Positions 51,282-60,553 of a DNA stretch of 64,000 nucleotides are shown piece by piece. The notes under the pieces are model-generated. The model saw nothing but the letters and a program-made list of their open reading frames with translations, did not search any database and was not told the DNA's origin. Source of the stretch: Candidatus Bathyarchaeota archaeon. Lineage in GTDB: Archaea; Thermoproteota; Bathyarchaeia; Bathyarchaeales; Bathycorpusculaceae. A program made the position numbers and the translations under genes. The first letter of the stretch is position 1. Each line of letters starts with the position of its first letter. The stretch spans positions 32,001-96,000 of the forward strand of contig CAWEPZ010000008.1 of the NCBI GenBank assembly GCA_963811105.1, given 5' to 3'.

Positions 51282-52667
51282 TTATGTTGGTTTATAAGAA
51301 TAACGCTTAAGGTTTTCAGAGTTACCATAAATGTTTTTTGTTTCGCCGCTGAATCGTTTGGGTCGTCGATAGAAATGTACTTGAACTTGGTTGAAGGTGA
51401 TCTCGTCGTATTTTGTCCAGCCGCCTTTTCCAAGATTTCGTATTTCTTCAATTGTTGTAGCTGTCGTTTCTTCGTATTCTTTAGGTTCAAACTTCTTCGC
51501 GTGAATGTACTTCATTGAGCTTTCAATGCACTTGTGACGCAGCAACTGCTTAACTATTAGAACGTTGCCATTGGTGTTTTCAGCAATTGTTGTTCCTCCC
51601 CAGTGTCGGATGCTTTTGAAGTTAATGTCCAAGATTTGAGGTCGTCCAAGTTTAGCTGCAAGCCTTCTGCGGATGTATAGGAAACTGGTTTCAAGTGAAG
51701 CATAAGTCGTTGGGAAAATGCGTTTGTCCTTTTTCGGCAGCCTGTTAAGCATCGTGAGAAGTTCTCCAGAGATTTCGTATTCGTCGGTGTTATGTCCTTT
51801 GACTGGATGCGCGATTGTGAACATGTTACCTTTAAGGTCAATCCACTCAGCAGCAAGAATTTCTCCTGGGTCCGCGTATGTTTCTTTTATGCTTTGTAGG
51901 AAGGCAGCCATTCGTTTACTTGTCGTTGAAGCAATTAAGGCGTCAATGTCATCTTCGTTAGGCGTTCTGATTATGGGCGCTTCAATATTATACTCAGGTC
52001 TTTTCCAACGGATGCCTTCCATATCGCAGAAAGCTTGGTAAGCGAAAGCAGCAAGATTCTTAGAACTATCTTTCCACTTCTGGATTTTGCCTGTTTTGTC
52101 TTCAAAGGTATGTCGTGCAATCCTTGTTTTTACGTCCTCTGGATCAAGCAGATTTGCGCCATCTTTGACAAGCCTAATCAATTGCTTGAGATAGAGACTT
52201 TCTCCGGCTGCGTCAAAATAGTAGTTTTCTCGCTCCAGGTAAGCCATGAACTTTGTCAGTAAACCTTTAGCGTCTTGAGGTAGTTTCTCGATGTCTCCGG
52301 CAACAGTTTTTATTTCCGTTGCAGAGGTCAAATTTTTCGTCTCCTTAACGCATATTTGACGTTTAGAAAGGAAGGAGACGCCAGTATTTAATGATAATTC
52401 CAATTTTTTTTGTAATGGCTTCTCAGAGAAACGAAATCCACATTTCCGGCAAATCCAACGCTGAATTACCTCATCTTTGAGGTAGCGAAGGCCATCTCGC
52501 CAGGTCTTAGCGGATCCGCAGCTGGGGCAGTTGGGGATTTGCGAGGCGGCGCCGGCAGTTAGAACTGAAACCGACTTGCCAGTGATATTATTTCCCAGCT
52601 GATTGCCAAATATGCTTATAGGAGACGGAATATTGGCAAAGCCGCCTGTTCGCTCCCCTTCAACCAC
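51282..52667 (-). CDS. Tyrosine recombinase/integrase with N-terminal zinc ribbon
   Basis: CPSCGS..WRDG.R....IQRW.C.KCG.RFS; KETYADPGE, VKG, FKSIRHW, LLRH..IESSMKYIH. Confidence 0.88.
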   Translation of the reverse strand: MVEGERTGGFANIPSPISIFGNQLGNNITGKSVSVLTAGAASQIPNCPSCGSAKTWRDGLRYLKDEVIQRWICRKCGFRFSEKPLQKKLELSLNTGVSFLSKRQICVKETKNLTSATEIKTVAGDIEKLPQDAKGLLTKFMAYLERENYYFDAAGESLYLKQLIRLVKDGANLLDPEDVKTRIARHTFEDKTGKIQKWKDSSKNLAAFAYQAFCDMEGIRWKRPEYNIEAPIIRTPNEDDIDALIASTTSKRMAAFLQSIKETYADPGEILAAEWIDLKGNMFTIAHPVKGHNTDEYEISGELLTMLNRLPKKDKRIFPTTYASLETSFLYIRRRLAAKLGRPQILDINFKSIRHWGGTTIAENTNGNVLIVKQLLRHKCIESSMKYIHAKKFEPKEYEETTATTIEEIRNLGKGGWTKYDEITFNQVQVHFYRRPKRFSGETKNIYGNSENLKRYSYKPT

Positions 52668-52912
52668 TAATAATTAACCTCCAGGACCGCTAAATGTACT
52701 GTATGTTCAGGTACGGAAGGTGATTCTAGTTCAACGAAGACGGCGCCATAATTATCCAGCAAGGTGAAAGGGTACCTTATGCCTTCAATTCTAAGACACA
52801 CCGCCATTTTACCTGTAAATTCTTCTCTGGGAATAACTAGGCAAGGACCCCATACAGGATCCTGGAGCTGAAGATAACCCTGAGCCTTAAGGAAGTCAAG
52901 AAAAACCATCAA
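52667..52912 (-). CDS. Small hypothetical protein (element)
   Basis: Stop codon overlaps the integrase start. Confidence 0.6.
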   Translation of the reverse strand: MMVFLDFLKAQGYLQLQDPVWGPCLVIPREEFTGKMAVCLRIEGIRYPFTLLDNYGAVFVELESPSVPEHTVHLAVLEVNY

Positions 52913-53103
52913 CCCTTAGCCCCCATTAATGCAAGCTTAGTTGTTACTTCATCAAAAACTTTAATTGCCCTATTCATAAGGGTAACATATTCTTCTCGAT
53001 CAGCTTCGGTTTCGAAGTAGATCAGCATTTTCTTACGTTTGTTATCTAGGCCGATTAAGTCAACCTCGGCAGGATAAACCAAAGACATTTTTGTTGTACT
53101 CAT
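52909..53103 (-). CDS. Small hypothetical protein (element)
   Basis: Overlaps both neighbours by 4 nt. Confidence 0.6.
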   Translation of the reverse strand: MSTTKMSLVYPAEVDLIGLDNKRKKMLIYFETEADREEYVTLMNRAIKVFDEVTTKLALMGAKG

Positions 53104-53243
53104 GGTGTCTTAACCTCTGCTTTGGCAGCCTCCGATAGGGCAGCATCTGCCAGGTAGAGCTTATTTTGCATGCAAGATTCCCAGTAGCGTTTAGATACTA
53201 GGCAAACTCCGGGTATTCTGTAGCAGCCACAAGGATTAAACAT
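53100..53243 (-). CDS. 47-aa Cys-rich ORF not in the ORF track
   Basis: MFNPCGCYRIPGVCLVSKRYWESCMQNKLYLADAALSEAAKAEVKTP*; fills the operon gap and has an ATGA overlap with 53103. Confidence 0.55.
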   Translation of the reverse strand: MFNPCGCYRIPGVCLVSKRYWESCMQNKLYLADAALSEAAKAEVKTP

Positions 53244-53247
53244 CAAA

Positions 53248-53472
53248 CTACGGCGCCTCCTGGAAGGAACCTTCAGCGATTACTTGGGTAATTTTGGCGC
53301 CGGCTTCTAAATCATCAATGCCTAGGTCGTCACAGTGCTTAGCAAGACCCAGAGGATCATACTGAACGATGCAATTTAATTCACCATAGACGGGAAACGT
53401 AAGCACTGTTTTGCCATTTTTAGTTTCTGAAAGTTTAGTTCGGCAAATAGGGTACCATGCAGAGTTTGGCAA
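53248..53472 (-). CDS. Small hypothetical protein (element)
   Basis: Starts 3 nt after the RHH stop codon. Confidence 0.55.
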   Translation of the reverse strand: MPNSAWYPICRTKLSETKNGKTVLTFPVYGELNCIVQYDPLGLAKHCDDLGIDDLEAGAKITQVIAEGSFQEAP

Positions 53473-53475
53473 GGA

Positions 53476-53658
53476 TTATTTCACCCGGCATTTTGCAGCT
53501 TTTTGGGCTTCTAGTTGCTCCATTCGCATTCTGGCGGCTTCACTTAGGAAATCGGCGACGCTTCTGTATTCTCGATTGTCCTGTACGAAATGTGTAACTT
53601 TGATGTATAGATTTTTGTTTAGACTTACGCCTTTGAAGTTTTGATTCTTACCTGGCAA
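53476..53658 (-). CDS. Ribbon-helix-helix regulator
   Basis: FKGVSL.K.LY..V..FV......YRSVADF..EAAR.RME. Confidence 0.8.
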   Translation of the reverse strand: MPGKNQNFKGVSLNKNLYIKVTHFVQDNREYRSVADFLSEAARMRMEQLEAQKAAKCRVK

Positions 53659-53674
53659 TTAATCTTCCTTCTTT

Positions 53675-53826
53675 TGGTGGTACCTATGCTACATAAACCC
53701 ACTATGCTAAGACTTAATTAATAATATTTGTGGCACATTTAAGGGATAAAAACCCCATTGACTAAAAAAAATAAAGCTTCTTTATTAACACAAAGCCACA
53801 TATATTATATGGCATCTATGCCACAT
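53675..53826. promoter_or_regulatory. Candidate operators between the divergent RHH genes
   Basis: TGGTACCTATGCTACAT (53678-53694) and TGGCATCTATGCCACAT (53810-53826), with extra half-sites at 53729 and 53795. Confidence 0.55.
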
Positions 53827-53857
53827 CAAACCATTAAAGCAAACAAAGGGGATTAAC

Positions 53858-54241
53858 TTACCAAAAAAAGACTCAGACTACAAAGGAGTCAGCTTAAAAA
53901 AAGAATTAATCAAACAAATAGAAGTATTCATCGACAACAACCCACAATACAAGAGCATTTCAGACTTCATTCACGAAGCAGCCAGAATTAGAATGGAAGA
54001 AATAAACAAGATAAAAATACTCCCACGGTACGAGCACTTCAACATTAACGATACTGGTGTAAGAATAACTGATCGTAAAATCGGCATGATAGCGGAAATT
54101 TACATCAAACCCCAGGGAATATTTTGTGATATCGACAAAAGCAACACTTGTGAACATATAGACTTCGCATTAACAGTACCCGCCATACAAGAAATAATAA
54201 CAAGAAAAAGAAAAGAAGGCTGGAACCTCCCAGAGATCTAA
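53858..54241 (+). CDS. RHH regulator with C-terminal Cys/His domain
   Basis: The frame of 53993-54241 extends upstream as LPKKDSDYKGVSLKKELIKQIEVFIDNNPQYKSISDFIHEAARIRMEE; no ATG/GTG/TTG at the expected start; C-terminal FCD......CEH. Confidence 0.7.
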   Translation, partial: LPKKDSDYKGVSLKKELIKQIEVFIDNNPQYKSISDFIHEAARIRMEEINKIKILPRYEHFNINDTGVRITDRKIGMIAEIYIKPQGIFCDIDKSNTCEHIDFALTVPAIQEIITRKRKEGWNLPEI

Positions 54242-54489
54242 AATCTTGGCTAACGTCTGAGCTTTCGCCGTTCATGTTTTTTTAATTAATAAAAAGCACA
54301 TCATAGAAGAATAAGTTTTGATCTTTGTTATCTCTAATGAAATTTTAATGTAACTAATCTCCAATGTTATACCCTTTTTGTCATTTTTGTTAATAAGATT
54401 TTCTAGAGGAAATTTCTGCCAGCCTTATAAGTGGGCTCTTAGATGGCAAACACTCAAACTCATAGGTTATAATGTATGCAATCCCGCAA

Positions 54490-54672
54490 TCAAGTTCCTT
54501 GATTGTTTGATGCGGGAGGTTTTGGTGTAAAGGTGACTGTTATGGTTCCGTTCTCTTCTTTGGCGTCCCAGTCGAAGTCTTGGGTGAAAATGGGTTTGAG
54601 CACCTTGCTGAATTTTTTAGGAAAAACGAATTCCGTGGCTTCAATGTCAGCCAGCAGGAGTAACGAGCTCAC
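54490..54672 (-). CDS. Small hypothetical protein or remnant
   Basis: 60-aa ORF with a protein-like FPKKF...L.P...QDF pattern. Confidence 0.35.
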   Translation of the reverse strand: MSSLLLLADIEATEFVFPKKFSKVLKPIFTQDFDWDAKEENGTITVTFTPKPPASNNQGT

Positions 54673-54929
54673 TTACACTTATGATAGTTGACCACTAAAG
54701 GGAAAACAATTTCTTATTCTTTCAATTTTCTCAACAAATATTATCGTTAATTTGTTAAACCGTTTTGTTGCCTATTATTTCTAACATCTGCGTACTGTTT
54801 GATGATGCACTTTTCATAGTTGACCGGCAGAAATAGATTAAAAAAATACACGATATTGTGTAAAATTGTGCGCATAACATACGCATATTAACACTTGTAA
54901 TTTACGTTGCTTTGCTTAAGTCTAAAAAA

Positions 54930-55385
54930 TTATTTGGGCTGTATAGGCGAGGACTTTTTGGAAAGCTCTGCGTATTTCGCACTCCACTCTAACATTTCAG
55001 CTTCAAGCCCACGATAATCCATGTAATCGACCAGGAGCTCTTTGTAAACTTTGGAGCCGGCGATGATCCCTCGCAAACGCAAAACCTCATACTTATCCAA
55101 GCCTGGCTTCTCCAAAGCCTTCAAAGCAGCAACCAAAGTCTTCAAAGTTTCCTCAACACTTGGCAACTCCTCAGGCAATTCGAGCTTTGAAGAACAACAA
55201 CACTGATTTTTTTGCTGTTGTTGTTCTCTCAACAAACCAAACTTTATTAGTTTTTGACGAATACCCTCTTCCGAGTATTTGCCATCAAAACTAGAAGCAA
55301 GCACCCTAAGATCAACAGTTCCAGCTCTAAACCAACTGGTTAGTTTCTTTTCATCCTCAAGATCCCAAGGCCTACCTTTAACCAA
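54930..55385 (-). CDS. Hypothetical protein with N-terminal Myb/HTH-like motif (mobile-element type)
   Basis: KGRPW..EDEKKL..., SEEGIRQKL, LPEELPSVEETLK, helical C-terminus. Confidence 0.6.
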   Translation of the reverse strand: MVKGRPWDLEDEKKLTSWFRAGTVDLRVLASSFDGKYSEEGIRQKLIKFGLLREQQQQKNQCCCSSKLELPEELPSVEETLKTLVAALKALEKPGLDKYEVLRLRGIIAGSKVYKELLVDYMDYRGLEAEMLEWSAKYAELSKKSSPIQPK

Positions 55386-55508
55386 TATAGATACTCCTAA
55401 TCAGCTCTAATCTAACCAGAACAATACTTCACCGATTGAACAAAAATAGATTATTATCGTATTTACGATAATAACTCATTTATTCATCTAAACCCCAAAA
55501 CTAACACA

Positions 55509-55700
55509 ATGAGTCTAACGCAAAGAGAGCGCATAATTCTGCAATTAGAAACCAAGGGCTTAAGCGACTACAAGATAGCCCGCAAAATCAACACCGACCC
55601 ACCCTCCATAACAAGATCAAGAAGAAACGCCCACAAAAAACTCAAACAAGCCCAAACAGACCTACAATACGCACAACAAATAGGTATAACAATGACTTAA
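55509..55700 (+). CDS. LuxR/sigma70-r4-like HTH protein
   Basis: LTQRER.IL.L...GLSDYKIARK......I......A.KKL. Confidence 0.75.
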   Translation: MSLTQRERIILQLETKGLSDYKIARKINTDPPSITRSRRNAHKKLKQAQTDLQYAQQIGITMT

Positions 55701-56089
55701 ATTTGTTAACTTATTGCATGTTGAATCTTCTTCTTAACCTTCTAAGCGAAACATCCAATAAGCATAGCTCTATCAAATCGCGTATTAGAGAAAATACGTA
55801 AAGACGCTTCAAAACAGAAAAGATCAAGAAGCGAAATTGTAGAACTACATTTTGAAACCCTTTTCTTCGAGAACTTGGAATTAAAACCGTCTCGAAACTA
55901 AACGTTTAACCTATTTGCTTAAATTTACAACAATTCAGGATAATAGCTGCAAAACAGTGAACTTAACTCCGGCATAATGTAGTAGACCACTTTAACAAAC
56001 AAGATTATGACTGATTAGGCCGAGATAGATAGTGCAGTTAATGTTTAAAAAAATATTATTAATTGAAAGCATTAGTCAATATTTAGCTA

Positions 56090-56380
56090 TCATTCTAAAC
56101 ATTCAGAAATTTCTGGGTTTCTGGTTAATTCATCTAAAGACTTGTTTAGCAATACATTGTCTCCAACTTGCGAAACTAATGAGATAGGTAAGCATACAGT
56201 TTTTGGACTTCTAAATCTTTTTTTGAACCCAAGGTCCTCAGATGCTGCTTTTGACAACTTCACATGGAGATGGGTAACTTGCCAAGTGCTAGTGTTTATT
56301 TCTCCTCCATTAATCTCTCCGAGGTCAAATCCGCCTGCACAAATAACATATTTTCCAGAAAGTTCATCAAAACTCACCAT
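56090..56380 (-). CDS. PRC-barrel domain protein
   Basis: L.GK.VI...G..LGEI....IN...W.V, V..VGD.VLL. Confidence 0.8.
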   Translation of the reverse strand: MVSFDELSGKYVICAGGFDLGEINGGEINTSTWQVTHLHVKLSKAASEDLGFKKRFRSPKTVCLPISLVSQVGDNVLLNKSLDELTRNPEISECLE

Positions 56381-56751
56381 AACAAATCACTAATTAATAC
56401 CACCAAAATCAGAAATATAATTCTTTCCGTAATATCGCGTTAGACAAATTCATGGAGAAAAGATGATTGAATCACCTGAAATTCACTATTTAAGATTAAT
56501 AAACATGGAGAAATAAAATTCAGCTGATAGAGTGTATTTTCTTTCTTTTCCTGTGTCCCATTTTTTAATCTCGAAGCCTGAAATAGAAAATATCAAAAAG
56601 TGAGTAAATAGAGCTTCACTTTCAAAATGTCTTTGTTAAACAATATCTATTGGTAACCATGACCTGAGAGTGTTTTATCCACAGAATAGCTGTCGAATTT
56701 TTCAAGAATCAAAAATAGAGGAAGATAGATGTTTTCTATTTTTTACTGTTT

Positions 56752-57849
56752 TTAAGTTGCTGCTAATCCTGAAGCTGCTGCTGGAACTGAGCTAACTGAA
56801 GTTACTTGCCAAAAGCTTCCGTCGCTGTAGACTTTGAACCCGGTTATGCTACCCCCATTAAGTGTATATAAGAATTGACTGTGTTTGCTGAAAGCTAAAT
56901 CAAGGGTAGGTACATTGGTTTTTGCCTCTATTGAACTCACTAAGTTCAATGCACCCGTATCTGAGATAGAAAATGTTGAAATCGTTCCGCCATGTGCGTT
57001 AGAGGTATAGGCAAAGGTGCCCTTTTCATTTATTACTACCCAACAAGGGGCATTTCCGAAAGTAGGCATAGCACCACTGATCGTTCTTAAGTTACCTTGG
57101 TCAGAAACTACGTATGAGGATAAAGAGTTTGTTGCGGCTTCACTTAGAACCAATTTGTCTTTGTCTGTGAAAGCAAAGCCATAAGGTCCTCCACCATTGG
57201 AGGGTTGAGTTGCTACGTCCTCAGCTATTCCGTCTGGGCCAACTGTGTACGTGTCAATGATGTTTGTACCTTTTTCTGTTACGACTAATACGTTTCCTTT
57301 CGGGTTGAATCCTATCTGTTCGGCTGATGGAGAAGGCATTCCGCTTAGAGGTTGATTAGATCCAACTAAGTAAGTTAACGTCCCAGTAGTGCTAAGCATA
57401 AATCCAGCAATGTTTCCAGATCCGCCAGCATCTAGCACATATACCCAGTTCTTATCGTTGATAGTTAGGCTAATCGGCATGGTACCGTGTGAACTGACTT
57501 TGCTTACAAAATTTAAGCCGTTGTTTTGTACCTTGAAAACAGAGATTTCGTTGCTTCCAGCATTAACCACAAGTAGGAAACGCCCATCTTGTGTGAGCAT
57601 TACTGCGCCTTGGCTTGCCAATGCTGCTCCTGTTCCTGCTCCTTGTGTGGCATAAGAACTAACAAACATGATTGACCCATCTGCAGCTCTACCGTAATAC
57701 AAAACATTGTTAGATGCAGCATTATCAATAGTGTAAATGGCTCCCGCAGGTCCAGGAACTGCAGTTACAAAGCTTGCAGCTAAAACCGCTGCTATGACTA
57801 TTACCACAATACTAAAAAGCGCCAAAAAATTTCTTTTCGTTTTTTTCAC
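56752..57849 (-). CDS. Secreted beta-propeller lactonase family protein
   Basis: Signal peptide; DGRFLLVVNAGSNEISVF, GPYGFAF, APCWV, FLYTLN blades. Confidence 0.85.
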   Translation of the reverse strand: MKKTKRNFLALFSIVVIVIAAVLAASFVTAVPGPAGAIYTIDNAASNNVLYYGRAADGSIMFVSSYATQGAGTGAALASQGAVMLTQDGRFLLVVNAGSNEISVFKVQNNGLNFVSKVSSHGTMPISLTINDKNWVYVLDAGGSGNIAGFMLSTTGTLTYLVGSNQPLSGMPSPSAEQIGFNPKGNVLVVTEKGTNIIDTYTVGPDGIAEDVATQPSNGGGPYGFAFTDKDKLVLSEAATNSLSSYVVSDQGNLRTISGAMPTFGNAPCWVVINEKGTFAYTSNAHGGTISTFSISDTGALNLVSSIEAKTNVPTLDLAFSKHSQFLYTLNGGSITGFKVYSDGSFWQVTSVSSVPAAASGLAAT

Positions 57850-58435
57850 CTCCTAATTACTTTGCTTGAATTAAGAGCTATCTGCTAAAACCAGAAACAG
57901 ACTTATAAGAAATTGTGGTAGTCGTGAAACAAGATCAATTAGCTTTTTTCCACAAAGAAGCACGCCAGAAATTTCAGTGTTTTTTGAAAGGAAAATTTTT
58001 GTCCACAATTAAAGTAAGTTTACTTATATTGTGACTCTTGGTAGTTCTCGTCTCGTTGCTGTGATGCTATATCATCCCTAATTGGAGCCTTACCTCTAAT
58101 TTGGAGCTTTACCCCTGAATATTGGATAATAGTCGCACTTTGCGTAATAATTGCAATTGTAGCAGCTGCGGCATTGGCAAAAAAATAAATCATATAGCAA
58201 AATTCTTTTTTTTCTGAACAAGGCAAATTGCGCTAAAAGGAATCTAAACACCGAACTATATAAGCAATTTAGAACCGCTCGCGATTTATGAAGCCAGTTT
58301 ACAGCAACAAACCAAACGGTATCTGTTCTAATTCTTTCGCGCTGGGTTCTCTTTCTATAGGGTTTGTGGTATCAGAATGCCAACAACAAAGCCTTAACTT
58401 TCCTTTTGAATTGAATCAATAACTAAGAAAATGAG

Positions 58436-58810
58436 GTGTTTTATAAAATGCGGGCTTCAATAAATGAATTAACCAAAGTTATGGATACCGAAGAGATGGC
58501 TATGTATGAAGGAGTATGGGGTGAAATGCACGTTGAATATGACGTGTTCAAAACAGCAATGGATGTTACCCCTTACTTGAAAGGACTGCCAAACGACCGT
58601 GACCCATGTCCACACTGGGGCATCGTTGTAAAAGGACAAATGAAGATAATATACGATGGAAAAGAAGAAATTGCCAAAGCAGGAGACGCCTACTATTTCC
58701 CGCCAAATCATACGGCCATGGCAGAACCAGGAACAGAGGTTTGGGAATTTAGCCCCAACGACAAGCTGCAAAAAACAATGGAAGTTATCAACCGCAACAT
58801 GGAAGGATGA
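58436..58810 (+). CDS. Cupin domain protein
   Basis: CPHWG.V.KG, AGDAYY.PP.H, EFSP. Confidence 0.85.
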   Translation: MFYKMRASINELTKVMDTEEMAMYEGVWGEMHVEYDVFKTAMDVTPYLKGLPNDRDPCPHWGIVVKGQMKIIYDGKEEIAKAGDAYYFPPNHTAMAEPGTEVWEFSPNDKLQKTMEVINRNMEG

Positions 58811-59029
58811 TGCCGAAGAAATAGACTGCGTTGTTTTCCAAAAGATAATTGAGCATTTTATCATCTCTTTTTTGAAAAAAGAAATAGAAAGTCAAAAAAA
58901 AACAGAAAAGACAACTTGTGTTATTTTTTAGATGCGCGACAAAAATTTCCTAAATCCTCGCATGAGCACTAACGAGCTAAGACTTGCAGTAGTTATTCCA
59001 ACTGCTATAAATGCAAGACAAAGTTCTGC

Positions 59030-59323
59030 TTACTCAAGCCGCAGGTTATTACCAGGAAGCCAACCAATACCAAGATAGCGACGAAGACCCAAGTCTCCAA
59101 GGGCATTCCCATTAACTTCTATTTGGACTCTTTTTTTCTTTTCGGCCGTTTGTTCTCTTCCCTGCATGAAGGCGTTTTCAGAAGCAGTTATTTCGTCTTC
59201 ATCAAGCATTTCTTCTCTCTGTTCATCATCATAAATATCTTCAGTATCTGCTTCTTCTTCTTGCTTGTCAACATCGTCAGTGTCAACATGCTTCATCTTC
59301 CTCTTCTTACTCATCAAAAACAT
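59030..59323 (-). CDS. Acidic hypothetical protein
   Basis: EDIYDDEQREEMLDEDEITASENAFMQG; the tail looks unrelated. Confidence 0.5.
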   Translation of the reverse strand: MFLMSKKRKMKHVDTDDVDKQEEEADTEDIYDDEQREEMLDEDEITASENAFMQGREQTAEKKKRVQIEVNGNALGDLGLRRYLGIGWLPGNNLRLE

Positions 59324-59432
59324 ATATCAAAAATATGCAGGACAGAAGCTTATGATGTTAACGAGAACAAAACAAGAGCATTGCACGCTAGATATAAAAG
59401 TTCAATGTCGATCTCAATAGATAGAACAAAAA

Positions 59433-59900
59433 ATGCCTGCAGCGAACACAGTTTTGGAAGTTGAGGATCCCCATTTTACAATTAGGCTCTATGAGGATCT
59501 CCTCAAAATTGACTTGAAAGGAAGCTTCAAGAATGAAATCGAAGAAGCACTAGAAAATAAACCCGTTCTCAAAGAAACACTCGGTAGGATACTTGGCATA
59601 TTTGTTCCGTTGCACATACGCATAAGCGACATAGATTCGGTGCATATGGACGAGACTGGAAAAATCAATATAAGACTCTCTCATCACCGAGATATTACAG
59701 TTCAGTTTGAACGCAAAGAAGATGCTGAGAAACTCGTGGAAAAACTGAATCAATTGCTTTCAAGAGCTGAAACAAAGAAAATCCAAGAAATTAAAGCGAG
59801 GCGCAGAGCTGAAAAGGAGAAAATCCAAGTAAGTAAAGTGAGGAGCAGAGCTGAAAGAAAACGGTATCGCAAGCGCTCGGACGCGGAACGAAGAGTCTAA
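59433..59900 (+). CDS. Hypothetical protein (PH-like core, basic tail)
   Basis: 155-aa ORF; IRISDIDSV; R/K-rich end. Confidence 0.6.
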   Translation: MPAANTVLEVEDPHFTIRLYEDLLKIDLKGSFKNEIEEALENKPVLKETLGRILGIFVPLHIRISDIDSVHMDETGKINIRLSHHRDITVQFERKEDAEKLVEKLNQLLSRAETKKIQEIKARRRAEKEKIQVSKVRSRAERKRYRKRSDAERRV

Positions 59901-60035
59901 AATCGGCGACTTTTAGGCAATTGATTCTGTCTTCATTAATGGGTGTACTCTTGGTTTTGCCAAATACTGTTTTTTCAATACCGCTACTCAAACTTTTTTA
60001 ATGTCAGAATAGCTTACCCTTATGGGCTAGTACTT

Positions 60036-60377
60036 TTGCTTTTTGGACACAAAAATAAATCTCAAAGTGAACTCCAAGTAGACTTAGGCGATTTACAAAA
60101 CGAAAAAGAAAACCTAACTAGCTTTCTGCAATTACACCTCAAAGTTTCAGTTTCCCAAGTTGAGGACAAGTTGAAGGTAGATTCAGAAACGGTGTCACTA
60201 CAGGAACTGCAGCATGTAGTGAACAAGTTTGTATACCACCGAGACCTAAACAACACTCACTGGGTCTCCGCTGAAGGGTCAACCGTAAAAATTAACAAGC
60301 TTAAGGTAACCGAGAAAAAAGAGAAACCTGAGAAAGAACCACCACACCAAACCGCTGCGCAAAGCTGGGGACTATAA
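60036..60377 (+). CDS. eL22 (ribosomal L22e)-like protein, divergent
   Basis: LQVDL.DL......L.SFL...LKV....V.S.....L..VVNKFVY...L...HWV pattern; likely TTG start at 60036. Confidence 0.45.
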   Translation: MLFGHKNKSQSELQVDLGDLQNEKENLTSFLQLHLKVSVSQVEDKLKVDSETVSLQELQHVVNKFVYHRDLNNTHWVSAEGSTVKINKLKVTEKKEKPEKEPPHQTAAQSWGL

Positions 60378-60553
60378 GAAAATTCCGTTAAATTCGCCAG
60401 TTCTTTACTGGTTCTAACAACAAAACAAGCTAGCGTGCGCTATAGTAAAATCACCAGTACCAATCGTTTTTGGTGCGAGGTAACCATTATTGTTTTTAGT
60501 TAACTTGTTTGAGATCCGCTGCATTTTTAAGAGAAGAAAACAGTATTTGTTAC

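Larger units (their letters stand above)
51282..54241. mobile_element. Compact integrative element or remnant on the 5' side of tRNA-Ile; may extend to about 55700
   Basis: Integrase, coupled small ORFs and a divergent RHH pair; no att repeat found by eye. Confidence 0.65.

Noticed and set aside
50933-51490. 185-aa minus-strand ORF
   Set aside because: Shadow ORF running through the integrase end and the tRNA-Ile gene.
54867-54894. dif-like site TGTGCGCATAA-CATACG-CATATTAACAC as the element att site
   Set aside because: The left arm resembles the bacterial XerC arm, but the right arm matches only with a non-canonical spacer and no partner copy is seen near the integrase.
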